A stretch of 64,000 bases of DNA from assembly GCA_037132075.1 (NCBI GenBank), contig JBAXPV010000008.1, forward strand, positions 49,883-113,882, read 5' to 3'. The position numbers were made by a program, and so were the translations under genes. The DNA is from Bacteroidota bacterium. GTDB lineage: Bacteria > Bacteroidota > Bacteroidia > Bacteroidales > CAIXZF01. Below are positions 10,099 through 19,413 of this stretch, one piece after another (the stretch's first letter is position 1; the number at the start of each line of letters is the position of its first letter). A model generated the notes under the pieces. That model worked only from the letters and a program-made list of their open reading frames with translations, searched no databases and was not told where the DNA came from.

Positions 10099-10845
10099 CT
10101 ATTGCTTCAATCGACGGGTAAGTTCGGTAGAATAGACGAATTCATTCAGCTCTTTGTTGTCGCTCCGAAGAATCTCTTCTTTGTCACCTTCCCACCAGAG
10201 TTTGCCCTTGTTGATATAGGCAATTTTATCCCCGATCTCCATCACAGAATTCATGTCATGCGTGTTTACAACCGTTGTAATATTGTATTCAACCGTGATT
10301 TCCGAAATCAGGTTGTCAATGACATTGGCCGTGATTGGATCAAGACCGGAGTTAGGCTCATCACAGAACAAATACTTAGGATTTAGGGCAATGGCCCTGG
10401 CAATAGCAACACGTTTTTTCATCCCTCCGCTGACTTCTGAAGGGTACAGCTTGTTCACATTCACCAGGTTAACACGGGTCAGGCAAAAATTAGCACGATC
10501 TCTCTTCTCAGCCAATGTCATTTTTGTGAACATGGTGAGTGGAAACATTACATTTTCCTCTACTGACAATGAATCAAACAAAGCACCACCCTGGAAAAGC
10601 ATCCCGATTTCCTGGCGGATATCTTTCATTTCTGAAAAAGACAGACTGGAGATCTTACGATCATCATAATTGATTTCCCCGCTGTCGGGGGTAAAGAGCC
10701 CAACGAGACACTTCATCAAAACGGTCTTCCCTGATCCGCTTTGGCCAATGATGAGGTTGGTTTTTCCCTCTTTAAATGTCACTGAGACATCATCAAGAAC
10801 GAGTTTGTCACGAAAGGACTTGGTAATATTCCGCGCTTCTATCAT
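10099..10845 (-). CDS. mlaF: MlaF-like ABC transporter ATP-binding protein
   Basis: Walker A GQSGSGKT, LFQGGALFDSL, VSGGMKKRVAIARA, CDEPNSGLDP. Confidence 0.9.
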   Translation of the reverse strand: MIEARNITKSFRDKLVLDDVSVTFKEGKTNLIIGQSGSGKTVLMKCLVGLFTPDSGEINYDDRKISSLSFSEMKDIRQEIGMLFQGGALFDSLSVEENVMFPLTMFTKMTLAEKRDRANFCLTRVNLVNVNKLYPSEVSGGMKKRVAIARAIALNPKYLFCDEPNSGLDPITANVIDNLISEITVEYNITTVVNTHDMNSVMEIGDKIAYINKGKLWWEGDKEEILRSDNKELNEFVYSTELTRRLKQ

Positions 10846-11585
10846 GACAGCAAAAGTTGTGTGAGAACCAGGTTAAACAGGATGATGAAAATACTGCTTT
10901 GCACAACAGCTTTCGTGCTGGCGTGCCCGACTTCCAGCGCGCCACCCTTGGTATTGTATCCAAAGTAGCCTGAAATAGAGGTAATGAGAAAAGCGAAAAC
11001 CACTGTTTTTACAATGGCATAAAAGACATCATATCCCTTAAATTCATATTGAATTCCATAAATAAATTCCCAGGAAGGGACCATTCTTGTGACAATGCCT
11101 GCCAGGTAACCCCCGAAAATGGAGACAAACATACTAATGATGATCAGGATCGGGTTGATGATCATGGCAGCTACAATCTTTGGCAGGATGAGATAACTGG
11201 CAGAATTGATCCCCATAATCTCGAGAGCATCAATTTGTTCTGTAACTTTCATCGTCCCAATCTCTGAAGCGATACGTGACCCCACTTTGCCGGCAAGAAT
11301 AAGACTGATAATGGTCGGTGCAAACTCAAGGATCATCGACTGACGCGTAGCGAAACCGATGGTATACAAGGGAATCAGCGGACTATCTATGTTAAAGGCG
11401 GTTTGAATTGTGACAACCGCACCCATGAATAAAGAGATAAAAATCACGATACCTAGTGACTGAAGCCCCAGGAATTCAATTTCAACGAGGATCTGGCTAT
11501 AATAAATATGCTTCTTCTCCGGTTTGAAGAAGACCCTGCGCATTAACAGGAGATAGGCTCCGAGGTCTTTTAAAATTTGAATCAT
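10842..11585 (-). CDS. mlaE: MlaE-like ABC transporter permease
   Basis: LAGKVGSRIASEIGTMKVTEQIDALEIMG; GGALEVGHASTKAVV. Confidence 0.92.
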   Translation of the reverse strand: MIQILKDLGAYLLLMRRVFFKPEKKHIYYSQILVEIEFLGLQSLGIVIFISLFMGAVVTIQTAFNIDSPLIPLYTIGFATRQSMILEFAPTIISLILAGKVGSRIASEIGTMKVTEQIDALEIMGINSASYLILPKIVAAMIINPILIIISMFVSIFGGYLAGIVTRMVPSWEFIYGIQYEFKGYDVFYAIVKTVVFAFLITSISGYFGYNTKGGALEVGHASTKAVVQSSIFIILFNLVLTQLLLS

Positions 11586-11637
11586 CTCTCTGTCTGCGAA
11601 GGTAATTAATGAAAAGTATAAAACTTACCTTTGTGCC

Positions 11638-11826
11638 ATGAAATTTCATCTCAGGAAAATAAGCACCCTATTTTTTTTAAGCCTGATCATCGTTTTGGGT
11701 TTCAGTTGCAGCCCAGCAAAGCAGGCCGGCTCAAATATGCCCAGGAAATCCCATAAAGGCTGTAACTGCCCGAAATGGACCAATAAGTCCTTAGATATCA
11801 AGCACTTTACTAAGACTTATGCCTGA
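11638..11826 (+). CDS. Small lipoprotein with CxCP motif
   Basis: Lipobox GFS-C; KGCNCPKW; TACCTTTG -7 element at 11626..11633; overlaps the start of the next gene. Confidence 0.6.
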   Translation: MKFHLRKISTLFFLSLIIVLGFSCSPAKQAGSNMPRKSHKGCNCPKWTNKSLDIKHFTKTYA

Positions 11827-12463
11827 TTCAAAAGTTGAAATCCTCTCTGCATTTTTACCTCCCGACAGCCTTCCTTTGGTTGAGGAATTGATTGACCGTT
11901 GGAACTTTAGTCTGAAAATTACCCGCAAACGCAGGTCGAAAGTTGGAGATTATCGGCCACCTCAAAGAGGGAAAGGACATCAAATCACTGTAAATCACGA
12001 CCTTAACCCATATGCGTTTTTATTGACCCTGATTCACGAAATTGCGCATCTCGTTGTTAATGAATCCTATAGAAGACGGATGCCGCCACATGGGAAAGAA
12101 TGGAAGGTTGCTTACCGCGAATTATTGATCCCGTTTTTTTCATCAGAGATATTTCCTCAAGACATCAAAGCAGCGATCGACCATTATTTCAATCGCCTGG
12201 GAGAGTCAAACCGCTCTGACCTTGAATTAAACCTTGTACTCAAAGCTTACGATCAATCCAACGGACTTATTATGGTTCATGACCTGCCTGAAAAATCATT
12301 ATTCCGTTCACAAAGAGGACAAGTCTTCCGAAAAGGTCATCAATTAAGAAAACGTTTTGTTTGTCGCTGCCTCGACAACCAACGTAATTACCTGGTACCG
12401 CCGCTAATGGAGGTTTATCCTATTCATTTTCAGTATAGTTTGCTTTTCCCGGAAGAATCCTAA
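11819..12463 (+). CDS. SprT-like zinc metalloprotease domain protein
   Basis: RKSK/GDYR-type motif, ITVNHDLNPYAFLLTLIHEIAH (HExxH), PHGKEWK. Confidence 0.88.
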   Translation: MPDSKVEILSAFLPPDSLPLVEELIDRWNFSLKITRKRRSKVGDYRPPQRGKGHQITVNHDLNPYAFLLTLIHEIAHLVVNESYRRRMPPHGKEWKVAYRELLIPFFSSEIFPQDIKAAIDHYFNRLGESNRSDLELNLVLKAYDQSNGLIMVHDLPEKSLFRSQRGQVFRKGHQLRKRFVCRCLDNQRNYLVPPLMEVYPIHFQYSLLFPEES

Positions 12464-12504
12464 ATTTGCATGCCCAAAAAATTAAAAATTGAACCTTTTT
12501 TATT

Positions 12505-13593
12505 ATGAGCAATAACTATTGTGTTATTATGGCTGGAGGAGTCGGAACCCGATTCTGGCCTATGAGCCGCACCTTCAGGCCCAAACAATTTATCGATATC
12601 CTGGGTACCGGGGAAACCCTGATCCAGCAAACGGTGAAACGTTTCAGGAAAATTATTCCTATCGAAAATATTTATATCGTTACCAACAAAATGTACCGTG
12701 ACCTCGTATTTGAACAGGTCCCTGAATTATCTGATCATCAGGTTCTTAGCGAGCCGTCAAGACGGAATACGGCTCCTTGTATTGCCTATGCTGCTTATAA
12801 GATCTTTTCTTTAAATCCTGAGGCAAATCTCGTGGTTGCTCCTTCTGACCATGTGATCATCCAGGAAGAGAACTTCCAGAAAATAATCCTGGATGCCCTG
12901 GAAGCCACGCTTTCAAACAATTGGTTATTGACATTGGGCATTCATCCCAGCCGCCCTGATACCGGATATGGATATATTCAGTTCAACGAGTCCGTCACTT
13001 ATGATAAAGACGAGAGGGTAAAGAAAGTAAAAACCTTTACCGAAAAGCCTGCCATTGAAATGGCTAAGTCATTCCTCCAAAGCGGAGATTTCTTATGGAA
13101 TTCAGGCATATTTATCTGGAAAGCCCGCACCATCATCACAGCCATGGAAGAACACCTTCCGGAAGTTAGCCAGCTTTTTAAAGCCGGTGCCGGAAAATAT
13201 AATACTCCGGAAGAAATTGGGTTCATACAAGAAGCTTATACCGTTTGCAAAAGTATCTCTATCGACTATGGTGTGATGGAAAAGGCCTCCAATGTTTATG
13301 TGCTGGCCTCTGACTTTGGTTGGTCTGACCTTGGCACCTGGGGTTCCTTATATGACATCCGGACAAAAGATACTGATGGGAATACTGTCGTTGGTAAGAA
13401 CGTAATGCTTTATGATTCAAAGAATTGTATCGTTCATATGCCCAAAGAAAAACTCGCAGTGATCCAGGGTCTTGATGATTATATCGTGGTAGAAGATGAA
13501 TTTATCTTGCTGATATGCCGCAAAACCGATGAACAGCAAATCAGGCAGTTCGTCAATGATGTTATGACTGAAAAAGGCGAACGTTTTGTTTAA
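12505..13593 (+). CDS. manC: Mannose-1-phosphate guanylyltransferase
   Basis: MAGGVGTRFWPMSR...PKQF, RNTAPCI, PSDH, TGYGYI, FTEKP, WNSGIF, GWSDLGTW. Confidence 0.96.
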   Translation: MSNNYCVIMAGGVGTRFWPMSRTFRPKQFIDILGTGETLIQQTVKRFRKIIPIENIYIVTNKMYRDLVFEQVPELSDHQVLSEPSRRNTAPCIAYAAYKIFSLNPEANLVVAPSDHVIIQEENFQKIILDALEATLSNNWLLTLGIHPSRPDTGYGYIQFNESVTYDKDERVKKVKTFTEKPAIEMAKSFLQSGDFLWNSGIFIWKARTIITAMEEHLPEVSQLFKAGAGKYNTPEEIGFIQEAYTVCKSISIDYGVMEKASNVYVLASDFGWSDLGTWGSLYDIRTKDTDGNTVVGKNVMLYDSKNCIVHMPKEKLAVIQGLDDYIVVEDEFILLICRKTDEQQIRQFVNDVMTEKGERFV

Positions 13594-13611
13594 ACCCCTA
13601 ATTAATTTCTG

Positions 13612-15765
13612 ATGAAAAAACTCTATTTTTTACTTAGCCTCGTCATGCTTTGCAGCATTGCCAGGGTTAAGGCTGATGAAGGCATGTGGTTACCCTTGTT
13701 CATCGACCGTCTGAACTATGTCGATATGCAGAAAATGGGCCTCCGCCTCACTGCGGAAGAAATTTACAGCGTCAATCACTCCAGCGTCAAAGATGCCATC
13801 ATTATTTTCGGCAGGGGTTGTACGGGGGAAATTGTCTCAGGACAAGGTCTTGTTTTTACCAACCATCATTGCGGTTATGGCTCAATCCAATCACACAGCA
13901 GCGTGGAACACGACTACCTCACCAATGGCTTCTGGGCTACCCGGAAAGAAGAGGAATTGCCAAATGAAGGCCTCACTGCTAGCTTCCTGGTTAGAATCGA
14001 AGATGTTGGCGCTAAAGTCCTTGGATCACTTGATAAAGGCCTCAGCGAAGAAGACCGGATGAAAAAAGTCCAGGAAATCTCTAAGAAAATTGAGGACGAA
14101 GCCACGAATGGAACACAATATACTGCTTCCGTGAAAAGCTTTTACAATGGAAATGAATATTATCTATTTGTCTATCAGGTATTTAAAGATGTTCGTTTGG
14201 TAGGAACTCCGCCCAATTCCATTGGGAAATTTGGCGGTGATACCGACAACTGGATGTGGCCACGTCATACTTGTGATTTTTCTGTATTCCGCGTTTATAC
14301 TGCCCCTGACGGAAAACCTGCCACTTATTCTAAAGACAACGTTCCTTTGAAACCCAAGCATTTTTTGCCTGTCTCCATCAAAGGCGTGCAAAAAGGTGAT
14401 TATACCATGATCATGGGTTACCCGGGAACAACAAACCGTTACTTGTCATCCTATGGTGTCAGGATGGCTATTGATGAGTCTAATCCTTCCATCGTTTCTG
14501 TTCGTGAAAAGAAGTTGGCTATCATTAAAGAAGATATGAATGCCAGCGACAAGGTTAGGATTCAATATTCCGCCAAATATGCCAGCATCGCAAATTACTG
14601 GAAGTATTATATTGGCCAAACCCGTGGACTAAAACGACTGAAAGTTTTTGATGAGAAAAAAGGTCTGGAAGACAAATTCTCGACCTGGGTCAATGCCGAT
14701 AATGCCCGGAAAGAGAAATACGGTAGTGCTTTAAATGACATTCAGCAGGCTTTTGCCCAGATCATCCCCTTTGCCAAAACCCGTGTATATTACACTGAGG
14801 GCATTTTGCGCGGATCTGAAGTCCTTGCCTATAGCCGTTCTTTTGAAAGCCTGGTCAAGGAACTAAAAGCTGACAAACCCGACCAGGCAAAGATTGATGC
14901 CCAGGTGAAAACTCTTCGTGAAAAACTCGATGCTTTTTACAAAGACCTTGACCCTGCCACTGACCAGAAATTACTGGGTGCCGTCATGAAAATGTTTGGA
15001 GAAAATGTTGCTGCAGAAAATCAGCCTTCTTATTTTATTGAACTGAAAAGTAAATACAATGGGAACTTTGACGAATTCGCTACCGACGCTTTTAAAAAGT
15101 CGATGTTTTCAGATCGTGCCAAAGTGGAGGCTTTTTTGAGTAAGCCCAAAGCCAAATCCCTTGAAAAAGACATCCTTTTTCATTGCATGCAGAACTTCTA
15201 TGAGAAATACAACCTCATCGTCGAGAAGCTCACTCCGGCTAACAACCAGCTGGCACGCGGAAATCGTCTTTTCCTGGCTGGCTTGCGGGAGATGATGCCC
15301 GAAAAGAAATTCGCCCCGGATGCCAACAGCACAATGCGACTGACCTATGGACAGGTATTGGATTATTATCCTGCCGATGCTGTACATTATGACTATACCA
15401 CCACCTTAAAAGGGGTCATGGAAAAAGAAGATCCCAAGGTCGATGAGTTCATCGTTCCGGCAAAACTTAAAGAGCTCTATAAAGCCAAAGACTATGGTCA
15501 GTATGGCAAAGATGGCGAGCTAGTAACCTGCTTCCTCACGAATACCGACATTACAGGCGGCAACTCCGGTAGCCCTGTCCTTAATGGCAACGGAGAACTG
15601 ATCGGCCTGGCTTTCGACGGAAACTGGGAAGCCATGAGCGGCGATATCGCCTTCGAACCCGACTTACAACGTACTATTGCGGTGGATGCCCGCTACGTGC
15701 TTTTTGTCATCGACAAATTTGCCGGGGCCAAAAATATCATCGCGGAACTGGATATCAGAAAATAG
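13612..15765 (+). CDS. dpp7: S46 family dipeptidyl-peptidase, DPP7-type
   Basis: ADEGMWLP, TNHHCG (His), WPRHTCDF (Asp), TGGNSGSPV (Ser); FDGNWEA has Gly where DPP11 has Arg. Confidence 0.9.
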   Translation: MKKLYFLLSLVMLCSIARVKADEGMWLPLFIDRLNYVDMQKMGLRLTAEEIYSVNHSSVKDAIIIFGRGCTGEIVSGQGLVFTNHHCGYGSIQSHSSVEHDYLTNGFWATRKEEELPNEGLTASFLVRIEDVGAKVLGSLDKGLSEEDRMKKVQEISKKIEDEATNGTQYTASVKSFYNGNEYYLFVYQVFKDVRLVGTPPNSIGKFGGDTDNWMWPRHTCDFSVFRVYTAPDGKPATYSKDNVPLKPKHFLPVSIKGVQKGDYTMIMGYPGTTNRYLSSYGVRMAIDESNPSIVSVREKKLAIIKEDMNASDKVRIQYSAKYASIANYWKYYIGQTRGLKRLKVFDEKKGLEDKFSTWVNADNARKEKYGSALNDIQQAFAQIIPFAKTRVYYTEGILRGSEVLAYSRSFESLVKELKADKPDQAKIDAQVKTLREKLDAFYKDLDPATDQKLLGAVMKMFGENVAAENQPSYFIELKSKYNGNFDEFATDAFKKSMFSDRAKVEAFLSKPKAKSLEKDILFHCMQNFYEKYNLIVEKLTPANNQLARGNRLFLAGLREMMPEKKFAPDANSTMRLTYGQVLDYYPADAVHYDYTTTLKGVMEKEDPKVDEFIVPAKLKELYKAKDYGQYGKDGELVTCFLTNTDITGGNSGSPVLNGNGELIGLAFDGNWEAMSGDIAFEPDLQRTIAVDARYVLFVIDKFAGAKNIIAELDIRK

Positions 15766-15771
15766 TAGGAT

Positions 15772-15808
15772 AAAACTAAGGGGATTTCAAAAGAATCCCC
15801 TTAGTTTT
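15772..15808. terminator. Bidirectional terminator-like hairpin overlapping the LytTR gene stop
   Basis: AAAACTAAGGGGATT-N7-AATCCCCTTAGTTTT, a perfect 15-bp stem between convergent genes. Confidence 0.7.
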
Positions 15809-16530
15809 TTATACCCGTCGGCACTGGCTTTTACTTTTGCCCCGCATTTTAGGCTAATCAGGTGGGTGTCTTTTCCATAAAGCTCAGATCCAGTCACTTG
15901 GCTGATGTTTATAATATACGAGCGATGAATTCTGATAAAAGACTGGGCAGGAAGATGTTCTTCAAAATACTTCATCGTCTTCTCTTTCAGATGATTACCC
16001 AATTCTGAATAGATCATCACATAATCATCCGCAGCTTCAATATAAAAGATCTTGTCGACAGGGATCACCGTTATCTTGGATCCCATGCGGGTCACAACCC
16101 GTTCCACAAGGGCGGATGACTTGTCAAGGTGTTCCTGGAGCGGTTCAAGGGCCGTTGTGGCCGTTTTATTCCCAATGCTTGTCAATGCCTTTTGAAAAGC
16201 CTGGAGCAGGCGATCTTTTGAGAATGGTTTTAAAAGGTAGTCAATGGCATTGTTTTCAAAAGCCTTGATGGCAAATTGATCATAGGCCGTACAAAATATA
16301 ACGGCAGGTTTCTCTTCCAGAACTTCCAGCAACTCAAATCCATCGATTTTGGGCATCTGGATGTCGAGAAAGATGAGATCCGGTTTTATCTCCTGTATCA
16401 TCTTCAGGGCTTCAAAGCCATTTTCACATTCTGAGATCTGCGCAATCCCTTCAATACCTTGCAGGTAATTCATTACCAGGGAGCGGGCGGGTGCTTCGTC
16501 GTCGACGATGAGTATGTTAATATCAGGCAT
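15787..16530 (-). CDS. LytR/AlgR family response regulator (REC-LytTR)
   Basis: IVDDEAPAR, FLDIQMP, TAYDQFA, YLLKPF, FIRIHRSYIIN. Confidence 0.95.
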   Translation of the reverse strand: MPDINILIVDDEAPARSLVMNYLQGIEGIAQISECENGFEALKMIQEIKPDLIFLDIQMPKIDGFELLEVLEEKPAVIFCTAYDQFAIKAFENNAIDYLLKPFSKDRLLQAFQKALTSIGNKTATTALEPLQEHLDKSSALVERVVTRMGSKITVIPVDKIFYIEAADDYVMIYSELGNHLKEKTMKYFEEHLPAQSFIRIHRSYIINISQVTGSELYGKDTHLISLKCGAKVKASADGYKKLRGFF

Positions 16531-17566
16531 GGACAGGAATTTTTAATTCTACAACAAATACAGTTTTTTCCTTTCGAATCCGTAATAGATCTTTGGTGCC
16601 ATAAGTTGTCTGAAGACGCTTTTTGACATTGACAAGCCCGGTCCCGGTTCCCTTTCGAAAAACGGCATCCGGGTCATAGTCATTTTGTATGGTGATGGTC
16701 AGATATTCATGACTGCAGTGTGTGTTCAGTGAAAGTCGATTGATTTGCGTGCTCTCATGAACCCCATATTTTACTGCATTTTCAATCAGCGGCTGCAATA
16801 TCATAGCCGGCAAGGGGATTGGAAGACATTTCGCATCTACTTCCTTCACAAAATTCAGCTTCTCACCAAAACGCACCTTTTCTATATCAAGGTACAACTG
16901 AATATGATAAAGTTCTTTCTCCAGCGTACTCATGGCTTCTTCCGGGAAACTAAGTGAATAGCGCATAAATTCACTCAGGTTGATGATCATCTCCTGTGCT
17001 TTTGCTGCGTTGGAAAGGGTAAGTGAGCTGATGGAATTGAGGCTGTTAAACAGAAAATGTGGTCGGATCTGCGAACGAAGCAGATTCAGTTCAGCCTCAC
17101 GCAACTGTGACTCAAATAAAGCTTCCCTTTCCTTTTGCTGTTGCAGCTCACGATAATTCAAAATCAGGTAAAAGAAAGCTGACATAACTATATAAAACAA
17201 GGCTCCACTTAAAACCCTGACCACAATCGACTGATCCAGAAAATGAAGATAAGAGGCATCACGGGAAAACAATTGGTGAAGCAGATAAATTCCTCCATTG
17301 ATCCAAATCAGTAATGAAATAACAATTCCTGTTATGTGTTGAATTAATATTTCCATGAATCTTGTCCGCATTCCCGAATAACGGACCATCTGCCAGATTC
17401 CGGCACCAAGGCCGGCAAGCAAGGTATTAAAAACAATACTGTCAGCAAGCGCTTCCTTTAAATGAAGGCCATAGGCGAAATACAGAAAAAAGCTATGGAC
17501 AATCGCAATGATCACCCACAGCATTAGATAAATCAAGAAAAGCTGTTGTCTCTGAAAACGCACCAT
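16523..17566 (-). CDS. LytS/YehU-type sensor histidine kinase
   Basis: N-terminal TM segments; LRSQIRPHFLFNSLNSI, LQPLIENAVKYG, GTGTGLVNV; start placed at ATG 17566. Confidence 0.93.
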   Translation of the reverse strand: MVRFQRQQLFLIYLMLWVIIAIVHSFFLYFAYGLHLKEALADSIVFNTLLAGLGAGIWQMVRYSGMRTRFMEILIQHITGIVISLLIWINGGIYLLHQLFSRDASYLHFLDQSIVVRVLSGALFYIVMSAFFYLILNYRELQQQKEREALFESQLREAELNLLRSQIRPHFLFNSLNSISSLTLSNAAKAQEMIINLSEFMRYSLSFPEEAMSTLEKELYHIQLYLDIEKVRFGEKLNFVKEVDAKCLPIPLPAMILQPLIENAVKYGVHESTQINRLSLNTHCSHEYLTITIQNDYDPDAVFRKGTGTGLVNVKKRLQTTYGTKDLLRIRKEKTVFVVELKIPVHA

Positions 17567-17585
17567 CCCTTGCGATTTTATCAAA

Positions 17586-18305
17586 TCAATAACTCTTAAT
17601 GTCGCCGCCGCCAAATATCACCACCCCTTTGATAACCAGCGTCTTGCTCATATCAACCGGGACAGGTGGGCGCTTGTCGGCAAGCCCGCCAAAGATACTG
17701 ATAACTTCCAGTTTAACATTCCAGTCGGCTGGGATCATAAGCTGCGTGCCCCCGAAAACACAAACCATCTCTATGAGGTTCATGCCTGGTGATAAGGTGA
17801 CATGATTCATATTCAGTTTTGAGCCTCCAAAGATAGCTACGACTTTTCCACCTCTGAAATTGTCCGAATGAATGGTGCGATCCATCCCACCAAAAATGGC
17901 AACATCGTCAAAAAAGTCATCCACTTTCTGGTCCGTATAATTGCTTTTAAAGTGTTTAAAACGTGAAGCACCCAGGATCAGAAAGACACCAGCGACGATC
18001 AGCAAAACAGGCCAGAAGATTTGCGAAAGGTTAAACGGCAAGTCAAAGTGATTGTTTATCAGGAAAAAAGAACCCACCAGGATCATCACAAGGCCGAATC
18101 CTCTGTTTTTATCAAAGAGATTCAGTGCCCCGATAGCGATGATCAGCATCTCCCAGGAGAAAAGAAAGCTCCAGGTCTGTTCATTGATCAGGTTGGTGTT
18201 TTTCAGGAGAAGTGCGACTCCAAATAAAAGAACGAGACCGCCGAAAACAATGGGTTTATCGTGGCGTCTTTGCTTTTTAACAGGTGTTTCAGGAAATGGT
18301 TCCAT
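17586..18305 (-). CDS. LiaF-like cell-envelope stress membrane protein
   Basis: Four TM segments (FSWEMLIIAIG, FWPVLLI) followed by repeated AIFGG/VFGG beta motifs. Confidence 0.85.
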   Translation of the reverse strand: MEPFPETPVKKQRRHDKPIVFGGLVLLFGVALLLKNTNLINEQTWSFLFSWEMLIIAIGALNLFDKNRGFGLVMILVGSFFLINNHFDLPFNLSQIFWPVLLIVAGVFLILGASRFKHFKSNYTDQKVDDFFDDVAIFGGMDRTIHSDNFRGGKVVAIFGGSKLNMNHVTLSPGMNLIEMVCVFGGTQLMIPADWNVKLEVISIFGGLADKRPPVPVDMSKTLVIKGVVIFGGGDIKSY

Positions 18306-18343
18306 GCTTTATATAATTAAGATAGCTTGTTCAAATATCGATG

Positions 18344-18351
18344 CAAAGATA
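18344..18351 (-). promoter_or_regulatory. -7 element TAnnTTTG of the liaF-like/HK/LytTR operon
   Basis: TATCTTTG on the minus strand about 40 nt before ATG 18305. Confidence 0.6.
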
Positions 18352-18383
18352 AACCTTAGACAACAGGCAAAGAAAGCCTAAAT

Positions 18384-18412
18384 CGGTAAAAGCGGCGGAT
18401 TTCCCGGTAAAA
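18384..18412. promoter_or_regulatory. Putative LytTR-binding direct repeat
   Basis: CGGTAAAA at 18384 and 18405, 21-bp period, just upstream of the -7 element. Confidence 0.6.
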
Positions 18413-18419
18413 TAGCGGT

Positions 18420-19172
18420 CTAAGTTTGTTTTGTGATAACCACAGTCCCATCACGGTCAGGTAATAGCACAAAACAAACACTATTTTCTTTTACAAATTC
18501 ATCTACAGCCTTTTGAATCCCTGCCCAGCGATAGTTATAGTCATGGATAAAGATTAAGCCGCCCGGATTTAAACGCGGATAGAAAAACTCCAGGCCAGCT
18601 TTCGTTGGTTGGTAAAGATCCGCATCCAGGCTGACCAAAGCAAAACTAAGCTTCTCCAGACCTTTTGAGGTTTCCGGAAAATGCCCCTGGTGAAAATGAA
18701 TCTTTGGTGAAGTCCCCATAAATTGCCTGACTTTCTGTAAGCTCGTATCCGCAAAGTTCTTCACCGTATAGGTCGCAGCATCGCCGGTTTCTCCTTTAAG
18801 ATCCTCTTCAGAAAAGCCAATGAAGCTGTCAAATAAGTGTAATTCACGATCCGGGTCAAGATAATGCAGAATCCGGGCAGTTTCTCCTTTATAGACTCCC
18901 AATTCGGCATAAGCTCCTTTGACTTTGTTTTTACGAAGCTGTTCTGCCATCAGCCAGAGCGAATAAAAACGTAGTTTGTCTTTGTATTTCCGACGTGCTT
19001 TGTTTAAGGTAGCGTCAATACGATGTTTTCGAACCGCCTCTGCCCATTCCTCAGGCCTGTAAAATCCTTCATGAAACAAGCTCCATAAATAACGTAGCAG
19101 ATAAAAGAGAAAAACAGCTCCGAGAAATATGTTGATAAACAGTACTGGTTTGGTCATTGTAAAATGTTTCAT
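18420..19172 (-). CDS. TylF/MycF/NovP-like O-methyltransferase
   Basis: AELGVYKGETA, LFDSFIGF, GHFPET, VSLDADLYQPT, GGLIFIHDY. Confidence 0.9.
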   Translation of the reverse strand: MKHFTMTKPVLFINIFLGAVFLFYLLRYLWSLFHEGFYRPEEWAEAVRKHRIDATLNKARRKYKDKLRFYSLWLMAEQLRKNKVKGAYAELGVYKGETARILHYLDPDRELHLFDSFIGFSEEDLKGETGDAATYTVKNFADTSLQKVRQFMGTSPKIHFHQGHFPETSKGLEKLSFALVSLDADLYQPTKAGLEFFYPRLNPGGLIFIHDYNYRWAGIQKAVDEFVKENSVCFVLLPDRDGTVVITKQT

Positions 19173-19192
19173 GCAAATTACGATTTTTTTTT

Positions 19193-19336
19193 AATTTGCC
19201 CCTCTGTCTCGCCACGCTCGACATCTCCCCATTCGGAGAGAATCCGCCAGATTTGTCTTTTACGCTTAATTCCTTGGGCATCCCGCCCCGAATGGGGAGG
19301 GTGGACCGCCGATGGTGGGATGGGAGGGGCAAAATT
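19193..19336. repeat. REP/MITE-like imperfect inverted-repeat element
   Basis: Ends AATTTGCCCCTC...GAGGGGCAAAATT; inner perfect 12-bp IR CTCCCCATTCGG/CCGAATGGGGAG. Confidence 0.65.
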
Positions 19337-19413
19337 TCTTCCAAGCCCCTTGACAAACCTTCTTTGATGTTGTATGTTTGTATTTTATTTTTATTTAGTC
19401 TAATTTAATATAG

